64,000 nt of DNA from Gracilinanus agilis (taxonomy: Eukaryota): positions 309,045,891 to 309,109,890 of the forward strand of contig NC_058134.1 in NCBI RefSeq assembly GCF_016433145.1. Reading direction: 5' to 3'. The first letter of the stretch is position 1. Every line of letters begins with the position of its first letter. Of the stretch, positions 14,022 to 27,137 are shown in pieces. The position numbers and the translations under genes are program-made. The notes below the pieces were generated by a model, which worked only from the letters and a program-made list of their open reading frames with translations, did not search any database and had not been told where the DNA came from.

Positions 14022-14185
14022 TTTCCCTTGCGTCTTAGAATCAATACTGAGCATTGGCTCCAAGGCAGAAGAGTGGCAATAGCTAGGCAGTGAGGGTGAA
14101 GTGACTTGCCCAGGGTCACACAGCCAGGAAATATCTGAACCCAGATTGGAACCCAGGACCTCCCACCTCCAGACCTGACCATCTC
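14022..14185 (-). mobile_element. SINE1_Mdo-like SINE
   Basis: Reverse complement of tail and core. Confidence 0.8.
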
Positions 14186-15526
14186 TCTGGTTGGTGGGAC
14201 ACTTTTTATTTTAATCTGCATTGTTGACCCTTTCCTAAGTGCAGACAATCAGTAAAACCGATGACCCGAGCCTCAGTTTTTAGCCTTTGCCCACTCCGTC
14301 CGAGGATAGAGCTGCTCCCCCCCACAGGCGGGCTCCAGTGCTTCCCTGAGGAGGGGGCCATTTGTATTCTGGTGATGGCTTTGGGACCAGAGCAGGCGGG
14401 GAAGTGATTCTGGGTCCCGGGGAGCTTGAGGGAACCTTTGAGGTGGGGCGGCTCAACAGGCTCCTCTTCCAGCCTAGGACACGGCTCAGCAGACAGGAAC
14501 GGTTTGCTCAGGGAAGGGAAGGGCCACGACTGGGGCTTTGTCCACTCTCCCAGATGGAGGCCTGCCAATGGCAGCTGGTGCACTCAAGCCCTGCCAGTCC
14601 CTGTGCCCAGAGGGGCAGCTGAACTCCATCCTCAGATGGGGCAGGGACAACGTGGCAGCAGAGGGGCCTTTGGCAGCGCAGGGAAGGCATCTGGGGCATC
14701 TGACGGAACCTCCCCTGCCAGAGCAGTCAAGGCAGAGTCCTGCCCGGTAACCCGCTCATGGCTGGGAAGGCAAGTGCTAAGTGTTCATGGAAGGAAGGGC
14801 CAGGCCAGCGAGTGGCCCTGGAGCGGGCACCCACCAAAGGTTGCCCAAACTGCCCCTGCCTCCCTGCAGCCTGTATTTTCATTCTCATGATTGTGCCCAA
14901 GTCACAGGCTCAGAGCCCGCCCTTCGCCCCTGGTGGGTTGGCGCTCAGCTCTCTGCCTCAGGTTGGAGCCGGATACGTTCCAAGGAACGATCAGTATTCC
15001 TGGCATGCCCATCTCTCTGGTGTTTCCCCTGCTTTCCTCGAAGAAAGCCTGACAGTGGAGATCTGCATTTTGAGAGCCGGGGGGAGGAATGGGGGAGTAT
15101 TTGCATCCTGCAATAATTTATGGTAAGATTCCTTTAAATCCTTTGTTCCCTGGTACATTTATATTTATTAAAATCCCGTTTTATGCAGAGAAGCAAATCC
15201 ATTATGAGAACAGCTGGCCTGTGTTGAGTACTTTATGGCTTAAGAATCTCATTTGAATCCTCACAGGAAGCCTCTCTAAGATTGGGAATGCAGGCATTCT
15301 TGTCCATCTTACAATTCAGGAAACTGAGGCAGCGGGGGGCAGAAGGGACTTCAGAGAGCATTTGTTCCTGGACCCCCCCTGTAGAGGAGAGAAGCCATGA
15401 GAATGTACCTGTATTAGATATTTGGGCCCATCAAAAATAGGGACTAAAGATCTAATTCTTTCTGTAAATGTAGGAAATAAAAGTACAGCTGTGCCACCAC
15501 CAGTGTATCAGTCATGGGGGTGAGGG

Positions 15527-15690
15527 GGGGGCAGCGCTAGGTGGCTAGAGAACCAGGCCTAAAGGCAGGCGGTCAGATGTGGCCTCAGACACTTCCTCAC
15601 TGGGTGACCCTGGGCAAGTCACTTAGCCCCCATTGCCTAGCCCTTACCTCCCTTCTGCCTCAGATCCAATCAGTACACAATAAGGCTTAC
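15527..15690 (+). mobile_element. SINE1_Mdo-like SINE
   Basis: Head and core motifs. Confidence 0.75.
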
Positions 15691-15934
15691 AAACAAAGAT
15701 CAATGGATCAAGGCCCTCCCCCACCCGTGTGGCTTCCGTACACTTTCTTCTCCCATCTCCAACTCTGTGGGCCCTGGCCATGTTCCCTGGCTGCCCTCCT
15801 GGGCCAGCATGTCTCCCTCCTCGGCTCTGCGTCCTGCCTTCCTCACCCAGCCCTCGACCTCAGTCCCCTCTCTCTGTTGGTCAGATGACCAGTTTGTCTA
15901 GTTTGTCTGCATGTTGTCCTCTTTGTTGGACTGA

Positions 15935-16022
15935 GCCCTCAAGGCAAGGGCTGTGTATCTCCAGCACTTGGCACAGTGCCTGGCACACGGTGGCTGCTTA
16001 ATAGATGCTTATTGACTGATGG
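15935..16022 (+). mobile_element. L2 3' end fragment
   Basis: GCACAGTGCCTGGCACACGG...CTTAATAGATGCTTATTGACTG. Confidence 0.7.
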
Positions 16023-16049
16023 AGTGACCATCACCCTTAGAAAAAATGA

Positions 16050-16203
16050 GGGGCAAATAGGTGGTTGGCCAGATAGAACACCAGGCCTGGAGCCTCAGAC
16101 ACTTCCTAGCTGTGTGACCCTGGGCAAGTCATTTAATGCCCCTTGCCCAGCCCTTGCTGCCCTTCTGCTGGGAGCTGGCACTTGATGTTGATTCTAAGGC
16201 AGG
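16050..16203 (+). mobile_element. SINE1_Mdo-like SINE
   Basis: Core plus GATTCTAAGGCAG tail. Confidence 0.75.
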
Positions 16204-16205
16204 AA

Positions 16206-16312
16206 ATAAAATAGATAAAGTACTGGTTAATCTAATTAAAAAAGGAAAGAAAACCAAATTAATGTATCAAAGATGAAAAGATTAACCTCACTTCTAATGA
16301 TGAGGAAATTAA
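16206..16312 (+). mobile_element. L1 ORF2 internal fragment
   Basis: Degenerate NKIDKVLVNLIKK...LTSNDEEIK, typical of L1 ORF2 after the endonuclease domain. Confidence 0.75.
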
Positions 16313-16526
16313 GGGGGGGGGCGGTTAAAAAGACGCAAACTTGCTCCCAGTAAAAGCTGGCCAAGATCAAGACAATCTCAGGGGTTCTTTGGGGATGGTG
16401 CTGAGAGGTTTTGTCTGATGTCTGGGTCTTTGCACCCTGAACGCCCCTGTTTTGGAGCCTGCTGGCTCCAGGGAGGAAGAAGAGCAGTAAGGACAGTCCA
16501 CGGCAGTGCTCACGGCAGCCCTCTGA

Positions 16527-17018
<492 letters not shown>

Positions 17019-20000
17019 TAGAGGAAGGGCCGTGGGACCATCCTGCCCAGTGCCCCATTTTACACATGAGGAAATGGGCCCAGCAAGGCCAAGGGTCCTC
17101 GGTCACAGTGGCAGTAAGTGGCAGAGGCAGGCTGTGCAGAGCCCTGAAGGCCAGAACGAAGGCCAGGGGTTCCAGTGGAGGCCTGTTCCGGCTTGCTGTT
17201 GTCCCTCTGGATCCCTTTGCCCTTCACAGCTGGACACGAGCTTGTCTTCTCACTCGCAAGGCACGAGGGACGGTCCCTTGTTCCTCTTTGTGTCCTCTGG
17301 GTTCATCAATCAAATTAGCCCTTTGACACGAGGCAGCTTCTGGCCCTGGTTCCTGCTGGTCACCCGGCCAGGCTGTGCCTCGTGTCCTTCTGGGAAGGGG
17401 GCAGGGATGGCCTAGCCGGACAGCAGAGACCCAGACCGCCGGCAGCCCTCCAGAAGGGACAGACATTGGGACAAGAGGAAAAAGGATTCAGATGATTCCT
17501 GTGAGCTGGGGTCCACGTCCCTGAAGGCTAATGCAGCACCAGAGCCAGCCACAAGGCTGGGGTGTACGGGGAACAGGGAGCCAGCAGAGGGATTCAGGAA
17601 AGAAGAGTGCCATGAGAGGACATAAAGGAGGAGGAGAGCCAAGGAACCCCAGCGTGAGAAACATTGGAGCGCTCCTCCTTTTGGGCAGACTCTGGAGGCT
17701 GGCTCTGTGCTGGGCCCTGTCCAGAAATGTAGAGGGGCTCCCCCTGCCCTCACAGTGCCTACAGTGCGGGTGCAGAGAGGGGCCGAGGGCCGAGGGAGAG
17801 CTATGAGGCAGCTGGGAAGGGCAGAGCCTGGCACCGGCCTCTGGCCTCCTCCCACCAAGCTAGCAGCCAGTCTCGGCCCCTCCTCACAAGGTTCCCCTGG
17901 CTCCTTCTCACTCCTTCCCAGATAGTTCAAGCAGCTCACAAGCTGCTCTCTTCTGCTTTCTCGTCCCATTGGTCATCGCTTGCCCTCTGCCGGTGGACTG
18001 GCCTCCTCGCCGCACGGACCCATCTCAGCCCTTGTGGCTCCCAGTCCCTTGGCAGTCCCTCTGCCAACCCCCGCTTCTTCCTCCTGCACCTGCCCTCGTC
18101 TTCCTGGATGGTGTCCTTACGCTCCCACGAGGCACGTTAGGCTACGATGGGTCTGCAGACGGGAGCCGGCGCGCGGGGCCAGGGCAGCCTTCTGCCTCAG
18201 ACCGGCCCAGAGAGAGCAGTCGAGGCCTCGGGAGAACGGGGGCTCTTCAGAGGTCTCCCTGGAAACGGCTCTCCTCGGGGAGTCACTTCCCGGGCTGCCG
18301 GGACAGGGTCTCGGGCGTCTCGGCTGGTTCCCATCCCAGTTGGCCTGTGAGCTCTTGGGAGCCCGGAGCCTTCTCTCCTCGTGGTTGGAATGCAGCCTGG
18401 AGGAGGCCCCTCTTTATCCCCCCAAGAGGAGCTGGGCCAGATGCTGGGCCTGGGAGGGGCCGGCAGGAGCTTCAGGCGCATCTCACAGCTGCGGATGTCC
18501 GCTGCAGACCTGGGGAGGGCCCTGTCCCCTTTCGCCTGGCATCCCTGGCCGTCCTTGCCGCTTTCTGTAGCAGAGGGGGCTGCGGGAAGGCCCCGGGGAG
18601 CCGTGGGGTGCTCCCCTCAGCCTGCAGGACGTGACTCGTGGACGGCCGTGGCTGTGGCTCGGCCCGGGTCCCAGAAGGAGCCGCGGAAACCTGGCCTCCA
18701 TTGGAGTGGAGCAGGCGAGAGCCAGCAAGGTTAGCTCTCCCCACCTGGCTCTGGATGTGGGGCTGCTGATGGACATCCTTGTGTGCTGGGTGCGAGTCTG
18801 CCCGGGCTCCCCTGGGGCTGAGGAGGGGGTTCCGGAGGGCCCCACGGGATGTGGCCGAAGCTGCCTCTCACACTGGGGGACACCACGGGACGTGCGTAGC
18901 CAGCTGCCTGCCCTGAGCGCGTGGGGGCCTTTGGGACCGTCAGCACCTCCGGGGCAAGTGGAGAACTTTTCCCAGCTTAGAGTCCTGGAAGTCTCGGGCT
19001 CGCGAAGGCCCTCGCCACCCCCACCCCAGTCCTGGGGGGCAGGCAGCGGAGATTACGGATGAGGAAACGGAGGCACGCAGCCATGCTCTCGCCCACTAAG
19101 GCGGTTCCCCCCGGCTCGCCTGTCTGTCCCCCGCTGTTCCCTGCACTCTCCTGGCAGATTGGAGCAGCGGGGAGCCGCGGTCACGCTCCATACTTGTGGC
19201 ATTAAATTAACGCCTTATTTACTGCCGGCAGGGGAGGGGGCTGCAAGGCGCACGTGACTCGCCGAGTCCTCCGCCCCCCACGGCCTGGATCCAGGAGCCC
19301 CATTCCAAGAGGATTCTGAGGCCGTCGAGTTGGGAGATGCCGTGTGAGCCCCCTCGGCACCTTCAGCCCAAAACCAGTCGGGTTTTTAATCCCCACGAAA
19401 TCGCGTAGGCTGGTCGCTCCGGGGATTCTGGGGAAGCGGAAATGGCCCGGGCAGAGGTCAGACACTCCGGTGGGGTCAGACCCGGACCACTAGCCACCCC
19501 GAAAAGGCCTGGCCCAAGGCTCCTGGAGCAGAGCAGGCCTCTCTACAGATGCTCGTGACCGCACTGAGGGCATTAGATGCCAGAAAGGGCCAAAAATGGC
19601 CCAACAGAGGAGGACGACAGGCCTGATGGACCTGGGCTTAGAGATGTCACCTGCCCAAGCACGAGGTGGAGGAAGCAACTGGTCAGCACCTGGGTAGCGA
19701 GGACCCAGGGGGCCGCCTTCGGAGCTGCCATCTAGGTCTCCGCAGGGGTGGGAGGAGTCCAGAAGGGGGGCGCTGGCCGGGATTATTCGAGGCATCCGAG
19801 AGAACACGAGGTGTGTTCAGACAGATTCGGGGTGGCCCAGGGGAAAGCCAGTTCCAAATGCTGCTGCTGCTCCTCGACTTCCCCTCAATCTCTCCTGGGG
19901 CAGGGACTGGTATCGCCTCCACTCGGCCACTCGGCCGGCCCCATTGCAGGATCCGGGCTGCAGCCCTGGTCTGAACTGCGTTTGCCATCTGGGCCCTGCT

Positions 20001-21002
20001 TGGAAGTTGCCGTCACGGTCATGGCTAGCGCTTGGGCGCCCCCCACGTTCTGGCCTTGTCTTTTTGATCCTCATTACCCGGGAGGTGGAGGCTCTGAATC
20101 CCATTTCATAGTGGAGAAAACGGAGGCAAAAGACTTAAGTGGCTGTTCCAGCTGTGCAGGGCACCTGCAGCCGCCCCCTCAGGCGATGATCTCGAGCCCC
20201 AGCCCAAGCGTTTGCTGCTCCCGAGGGTGCGCTGCGTGTCCGCGGTGTGGATCGGAATCCCTCTGAGCAGGGCCTCGTCTTCCAGGTCCTGCCGCGGCCT
20301 TCAGCAGGCACCGGGCCCTCCCTGCACGCTCGGCACGGGCATCCCGAGAGAAAGGGCCGAGGGCAGAAGAGGCAGCAGCTCGGAGAGCACGGCATGGGCG
20401 GCCCGGCTCCCGGCCTCGTCCCACATGCCCGAAGAGCCTTCAGAAGGCTCCTGGGCCCCAGCCAGCCTTGAGTGTCAGAAGGACGAGCCGGGCGGTTCTG
20501 GGCAGGGCGGATGGACAGACAGCACTGGGGGAGGATTCCTGGGCGGCGAGGGCAGCAGATCTGGCACGCGTTGTTGCCATTCGACTTGTCTCTGGGAAAC
20601 GTGTGCGTGTCCTCCCCATGGCTGGTCCCCGTGGCCTTGAAGCCCAGCATGCTGGAGGCAGAGGCAGGCTGTTTGCCTAGCAAGAGCCCTGGTGGGGTTC
20701 CCCCAGCTTCAGAGCCGTGACGCAGGCTCCTCGGTGGGTGTCAGGGGCTGCACCGCGGGACTCGTTCTCCTGGACTGGCGGCACCGGGCACAGGACTGGG
20801 TCCTTGGAGGGAGACAAAGGGGGATTTGGCCTCAGGCTATCCCGGGGCTGACAGAGCCCTGGGGCTAAGGTCTAGCTTCTCTCTGACCAGCCCATGCACT
20901 GACCAGGATAAAAGGAGATGGGGCGGGAAGCCCCAGGTGGGAGGGCAGGCTGGCCCAGCCAGGAGGGCCGTGTGTGTCTGACATCTCCCTTCTCTATTCC
21001 AG

Positions 21003-21052
21003 ATTGTTTACTAAATGAAGAGAACTTCTCAGTGAGGTGCCCCAAGCACAAG
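21003..21052 (+). CDS. TCF20: TCF20 coding exon (DCLLNEENFSVRCPKHK)
   Basis: ttccag|AT acceptor, AAG|gtaaga donor; 50 nt; phase fits the previous exon. Confidence 0.96.
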
Positions 21053-21860
21053 GTAAGATCTGCCCCCCTCCCTGCAATCCCCCGCAAATTCTGGGCAGGA
21101 AGGAGCACCACCCCTGTCTCCCCTGTGGCCTGAGAAGGTGGCCAGGGGAGGAATTTGGGGGCTGTGTGGGTGCACCTTGGGGTGGCCTCTGTCCCATCTG
21201 CAACTGCCGTGGGACCTCGGGGAGGGGGGCCTCATTTCCTCCATCGAACCACAAGTGCTTCGCTAGCTCTGGGCTGCCTCAGTGTCCCTGGGAGCCCCAG
21301 GATGCCCCTGGCTGCCAGGGGGAGTAGCGGCCTCTGGGCCCTGTAGGGCAGCTGACAGATGAGTAAAGAGCATTTTCGTTTGCTTTCTTCTGAGCCAGGG
21401 CAGGGTGGGAGGCTCGGGTCTCTAGTGGTGTTTCTCCTTTCTGGCGTCCAGCATGGCATCGGCTCTGGGCCGGAGCCTTCCCCAGCTTCTCTGGGCCCTC
21501 GGCCCCACCGGTCTTGCGCAGCGGCCCCCTCTCTGAAGAAGGGACTTTCTCCCATCTCCCTCTCGTGGGATGGTGTTGGGGGTGAGCAGCCTGCTTTGGG
21601 AGACAGCCGGGGGGACAGAGACAGAGCGGCGTTCTCCGTCAGGGCTGGGGAGAGCCCCCCAGAGTGATGCTGACACCTGTGGAACAAATCGGGGGTGCCG
21701 GGCCTGCTCCCCGGGCGACTGGCTGCCACGCCCCAGTAGAGAAGCCCCCGGGGGTCCCTCTGGCACTGACTGTCTTTTTCTCTCCTCTTCCATGTGTCAT
21801 TCCCTCCTCCTGTCTGCCTCCTGCTCCTCTCTCCACCTTCTCTCGGCTTGCCGGCGTCAG

Positions 21861-21944
21861 CCTCCCCTGCCCTGCTCTCTCCCCCCCTTGCAGAACAAGA
21901 CGGTGAAAGGCAGCCTCAGCACAGAGCAGTCGGAGCGGGGGTGA
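21861..21944 (+). CDS. TCF20: TCF20 penultimate exon, coding part ([27 protein letters not shown]); alternative acceptor at 21894; exon ends at 21987
   Basis: gtcag|CCT and ttgcag|AAC acceptors 33 nt apart in frame; matches the human isoform-1 C-terminus; donor CAG|gtgagt at 21987/21988. Confidence 0.92.
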   Translation, partial: PPLPCSLPPLQNKTVKGSLSTEQSERG

Positions 21945-24900
21945 GGGGGGCACAGTGCCCGTGGGAATGGAAATTAAAGAAGCACAGGTGAGTTGGGGGC
22001 ACTGACCCGTCTCCCCCCAGCCAGCCTCCCTTTGTCTTTGGGGGGGGCTTCTCCCGGCCCTGCCGCTGCCGACTTTCCTTTCTGTGTGTCTCTTGGGACC
22101 CCCAGGTGTGACGTGTGGCCGTCGGCCTGGTCCCTCCCAGGTTAGAGAGGAGGCGCCGGCCTTCCCGGGACTTCTGTGCCGAGCGACGAGCATGTGGGCT
22201 GCCCTTGGCACGCCTCGCCTTGCGTTCAGCACCAGGGACGCAGGCGAGCCTCTGGCTCCCAGGCTTTGCCGGGCACCTGGCCGAGGCTCTGCCTGCTTCT
22301 CTGCATGGGATCAGGGGACGTGCCCTGCTACGTGGTGGGTCTTTAGAGCCAGGCTGCTTCCTCCTCCGCCCCCAGAATCTGGGGGGACACAGAGAAACAG
22401 ACTCTAAACTCCTTAAAAAAAGAGCTTGCACAGTCCCAACATGCCCAGAGAACCTGCTGAGCGGGATCGGTGCGGGTGTGAGGCATGTGGGGGAATGTTC
22501 GGGCAGGCACAAAGCGCGTCCTGATGAAATAAAGGGTTTCTGGGTGACTCCGGCCAGGCCGAGGTTACCCAAAGGGAGGATCAGACTTCCCCCTTCTGGG
22601 ACGGCAGCCCGGGAGCTCTCTTGGGCAGAGGCGGGGGCTTAGGGGAGAAGACTTGGAGCTGCCCCCAGACTTCAGGCTTGGTGGGGTTCTGAGCAGCCAG
22701 TGAAGAGACTCGCTCCAAATGGGCCCCGTCGGGTGTCAGGTTGTGGCTTCTCAGAGGCCGCGGGCCACGCGTGCCAGGGCATGAAGGAAGAGAGAGCGGG
22801 CCAGCTTGAGGAGGGCCTTGAATGCGGAGGAAGAGACCGAACTTTCTCTCCATCTCAGAATAGGCAAATCTGGTCATCAGGAAGGTTCATGTGGCCAGCC
22901 AGTGAGCGACACACTGGAGGGAGACTTGGGAGAATGCACAAGCATCTCTCTGGCCTGGGTCCGAGCGGTGCCCAGTGGTAGTGACTGGCGAGGGAACGGA
23001 ACTCGTCGTCCTTTCACTGGTTCCTGGAGAGGAGCCACTTCCCAGCCACTCCTAGTGCAGCCTCTTTGGGGAAGTCCCAGTCTGTGGGGAGGGGAAGAGC
23101 CTTGGATTTGGAGCCCAAAGTTCTGGTTTGAACCCCAGCCTCGGGATTCCTGGGACGAGTCCGCGCCCCCTCCAGGGGCTCTGATGTTGCCGTCTCCTGG
23201 CCTGGAGAAGCAAGGCTGGATGTTGAGAGGGTCAGAGAGAAAAGCATCCACTGGCGCAGGGTTTCTGGGCCTTCTGCCTGTTCTCAAAAGCTCTCCGGGC
23301 TCAGAGGAGGGAGCGTGCACTTCTCATCTGTAAAATGGGCGCACTGGACTAGATCATCCCAAGGTTCGTGCCCGGTCACAGTGCTGAGCCCATTTCCTCG
23401 TCAGGGCCCTTGGCCCGCCTTGTCGATCCTCGTGGCCAAAGACCTTGGCTCAGAAGCCCTTCGGAGTTTGCAGAGCGCTTTGTAAATAGGCCCTTTCGTG
23501 GGCATCCTCCATCGTGGCGGTGGGGATTACTGCCCACGCCGGTTCTTGACGTGTCCTGGTGCCGCCAGGGTGTCCTGAGCCCTCGGCTCCTCCCTTGGGG
23601 GATGCAGGCGGTACCGTGAAGCCTGTCTGTGTCCTGGGGAGGAAGCTGAGGCCCCTGAGGTGCGAGACCAGGACTAGGTGTCGTGGCTTCTGCGCGTGGC
23701 CCTCCTCTCCTCTGGAGCTGTGCCTGGCCAGGCCCGCTCTAGTGGAGCAAGAGCCTGCCAGCTTCCACAGGCACCAGAGGCCTGCCTGGGGGCTGTCCTG
23801 AAGGAAATGAGGGCCTCCAAGGGAAAGGGCTGCCTGGCCCCAGGACTTTGGAGGGCTGGTTTGAACCGTGCTCAGGTCCTCCCCTTCTCAGGCCTCAGTT
23901 GGCACCTCCAAGGGGGTTCAGCTTAATGGTCTTTAAAGCCAGAAATGCTTTCTTGTTTCTAGTGTGCGGGCACTTAGAGATGGCCATGGAAGGCCTCGCC
24001 CTCCCAGCCCCCCAGGATAACGTCCTCCTTCCAGGGGCTGGCATGCCAGGCTTCAGCCCGCAGCTCCTCCTCCATCTTTGTTTCTCGTCTCAGAGCTGCA
24101 CTTGGCACAGCCCCATGAACAGTGTGAGGCTCCTTGGACCATGTGCTCTCTGGGGTCTGGGTCCACGAGAGGTCTCCGACCCAAGGGAGCCCCAGCCCTG
24201 TGGGAGCTGGGCCGTGGGGGGGGGCCCAGTTGGCATTTCCTTTCCCAAGCAGCAGGCGGGAGAGATGGAGGGAGGGGAGCGTCCCTGGGCCTCTCCGGCG
24301 CTCTCGGGCCGCTTGGTGGCACCAGAGCGTCGAGAAGGGCCAGCGGAGGCTCCAGAGAGGTGAAACGATGCGGGAGCAGAACTCACACAGGTCCGGGTAG
24401 TCTTGGGGGCGACGTTGGTGTGTCAAGACCCACGAGGGCCCTCGGTCTGAACTTCAGCCAGGCGGGCTTCCTGGAGGCTGCTCTGCTCAGCTTTGGGCTC
24501 TGTTTATCTCGTGCTGTTTCTTCAGGATTACATACTGGTTGGCCTGGATAACATACATCTTTCTCTTGTAGATAATGGATCAAGTCATACATTAACTTGT
24601 ATAGAATCACAGAGTCATTTGATTGACATTCCATAATTATTCTATTTAGATGAACAAAAGATCAAAGCTTTGGCAAGAAATATTCATCATGGAGTAATAA
24701 CGGGGCTGGAAATTGTACTTTCCATCCATCCAATTCATGCATTGCAGCCTTAGTACAGCTGCGACATTTTGGCCAATCGAGTCATGTTGCTCTCACATAA
24801 TTAATCAAGCCGTGATTTGCTCCACTCGCACACTAACACTCACCTGGTCCAAATAGTGTTTCAGAACCAGTCTTCATTTTTCGTATTTTTCAAAGATGAG

Positions 24901-26296
24901 TTGAAGTTTCAGCTAGCCTGCAGGGTTATTGTAACAGCCCAGTAGGGAGAGGTGTACTCGCCTTCCCCGTGTTTCATCCATTGTGCTCTTCTTGGGTTAA
25001 CCTTCCGGGTCAGAGATCAGGGAGGGGGAAGAACTCGGAGGCTGTGCTGGCCTGTTTTTGCAGGCACCCATGTGTGGGAGCGAGAGGCTAAGTTAGGGTT
25101 TGGAAATCTTTTAACATTAACTCGCTCTCTGCTGGTTTGTTATGAAGTGGTTTTATGGGGATTTCTGTGTTATTACATGTAAAGGTGGGAATTTCCTAGG
25201 AGTCTGTAAGGGCTCTAATAACGGCCTTTACTGTTCTGTATTTCCCTGGGGCTGAGTAGAGTAATAAGGAGTGTCAGGAAGAGAAGTCACAATCCTCCCT
25301 GGAATCTGCTGTGCAGTTCCAGGATTCCCCCTGCGACTTTGGCATTCAGGAAGGATTTGATGGCCCCCAGCAAAACAAGCTGCTGGGATTTGGACTTGGG
25401 TGCCCCCCACTCTCTGGGAGCCTTGGGAGCTCCCCCTCGATCCCCCTTCCAGCCCTGGGTCGGGTCCCAGCAGCTTGAGCGAAGCTTCACATACAGAATC
25501 ACCGTGTCGGACCTCTCGGGCTCAGCCTGTCCGCCTGAGCAGGCCTCACGTTCTCTAGGCTCCAAAAGCCCCGTGACTGGGGAGGAAACCAGGGCATTTG
25601 GACATTTGTCCCTCAGAGTCCCTCCATCACACGGCGAGCTCACTCCCTCACTCCAGACCCCTGGGGTCCGGTTTTGGGATTTCTTTTTATCCTTCTGGGC
25701 CTCTCCCCGTGGGATCTAAGGTGTCCTGATGCCTGGGTCCTTCCAGCCTCGCACGAGGTGCTTCGCACAGGCTCGTTGGATTGCAGTCAGGCAGGCGGCT
25801 CCAACCCCTCCCTGTTGGTGTGTCCGCAGCTAGCCTCTCCGGGGCCTGGTTCCCGGTGTTGGGGGGACGTGAGCACCCTCCAGGGCCGCTCACTGGGGCC
25901 CCGTGCCTCTTGGCCCCCTTGGCAAAGAGGCTTCGTGGAGCCCCCGTGCTTTGGCTGTTTCCAGGCGCCTTGTAACGGCCGAGGCAATGCTCGCCCCCGT
26001 CTCTGTGGCACTTGGAAGGTGAAAAGGCGTTTTGCTCACAGCTCCCTGGAAACGGGGTTCTTCTGGGACGCCTTCTCACGGCTGGCGAGACGGGGGCTCC
26101 CCGGGGATCCCGGGCCAGCTGGGCCGAGGGCTGCGGCGCATCCCCACTTCCCCATCTACGCAAGGAAGCGGGCTGGATTTTGATGGCTGCCTTTTAAAGA
26201 TGGTGGCTGAGGTGGGTCAAGAACAGCCAGTCTAGATCGTGCCTGTCATTTGGTGCCAGCCCGATGGCTCTCTTCCCAGTGGCAGAGGAGGGACCC

Positions 26297-26335
26297 GGAG
26301 CCAGGAGGAGCCAGGAGGAGCCAGGAGGAGCCAGG
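26297..26335. repeat. 10-bp tandem repeat (GGAGCCAGGA) x about 4
   Basis: Read directly. Confidence 0.9.
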
Positions 26336-26899
26336 GCCCATTTGAACCCCGAGCTGGCTGCCTCGCCTTCTGCAGGCTTCTGTTTCCTCATGTATAGAAA
26401 AGCAAAATGGATGCAGAATGTGGGTGGATGAGGTCGTGTGTGGGTGCTGGTGCCAGGAGGGGGGCACGAGGGGGCACAGGATCTTCCTGCGCCCACAAGG
26501 AGGTTTTCCCAGGGCCAGAGCGCGTTTGAGGCTTCGCCGCCTTGGCGGTCTGCCCCGTGGCTCAGTGGGCAGCGGGGCTCGGGGTGGGGGCGGGAGACCC
26601 CAAGGACCCGACTTCTCGGGACGGCGAAGGCAGCATAGCTTCAGGGCGCCTCCAGGTCCCAGGACGTGCCTTCCTCTGATGCCCGCGAGACTGGCCCGCA
26701 GGTGCCCTCACGGGGTGGCCGTCCCCGGCCCGCAGCGGGCTGTCTGGCCCTCTGTCGCACTGGCCTCTGGGCCAGAGATGACTCTGGGGAGCTCGAGGCG
26801 GCTCCGTTCCCTGCTCCTGGGCGGGGGGCGCCCGGACGTTCTCCCGGAGGGGAGCCGCCGCGGCCGGCCGCCTCTCACGCCTCGTCTCTTGTCTTGCAG

Positions 26900-26917
26900 G
26901 TTCGGCTGTTGAGATGA
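26900..26917 (+). CDS. TCF20: TCF20 terminal exon, coding only when the 21861 exon is skipped (VRLLR*)
   Basis: tctcttgtcttgcag|GTT CGG CTG TTG AGA TGA; corresponds to the human isoform-2 ending VRLWR*. Confidence 0.88.
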   Translation, partial: VRLLR

Positions 26918-27137
26918 GAAGGTGGTGGACGCTCGTGACGGAATGGCATCTGTCCCACTGTGCAGCCACGACCCACCCCCACCCCACCCCCGATGTGCCT
27001 GCCAACGCCAGCAGCCCCTTCATCAATCCGTACATCCCACTTGACTGGTGACGCCACAGGAAATGCCCGAGGAGTCCGAATGGCTGTTTCCATGGACGCA
27101 GTCTTCATAGTGACAATGTGGGGGGGGTGGGGGGTGG
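26918..27137 (+). other. TCF20: TCF20 3' UTR (start; truncated by assembly gap)
   Basis: Follows the terminal-exon stop; resembles the recalled human TCF20 3' UTR; no AATAAA before the gap. Confidence 0.8.

Noticed and set aside
14908-15122. Strong donor ATG|gtaaga at 15122 as a TCF20 cryptic exon
   Set aside because: No clearly matching acceptor; not supportable without reads.
26297-26335. Short direct repeats as a CRISPR-like array
   Set aside because: No spacers; eukaryotic minisatellite.
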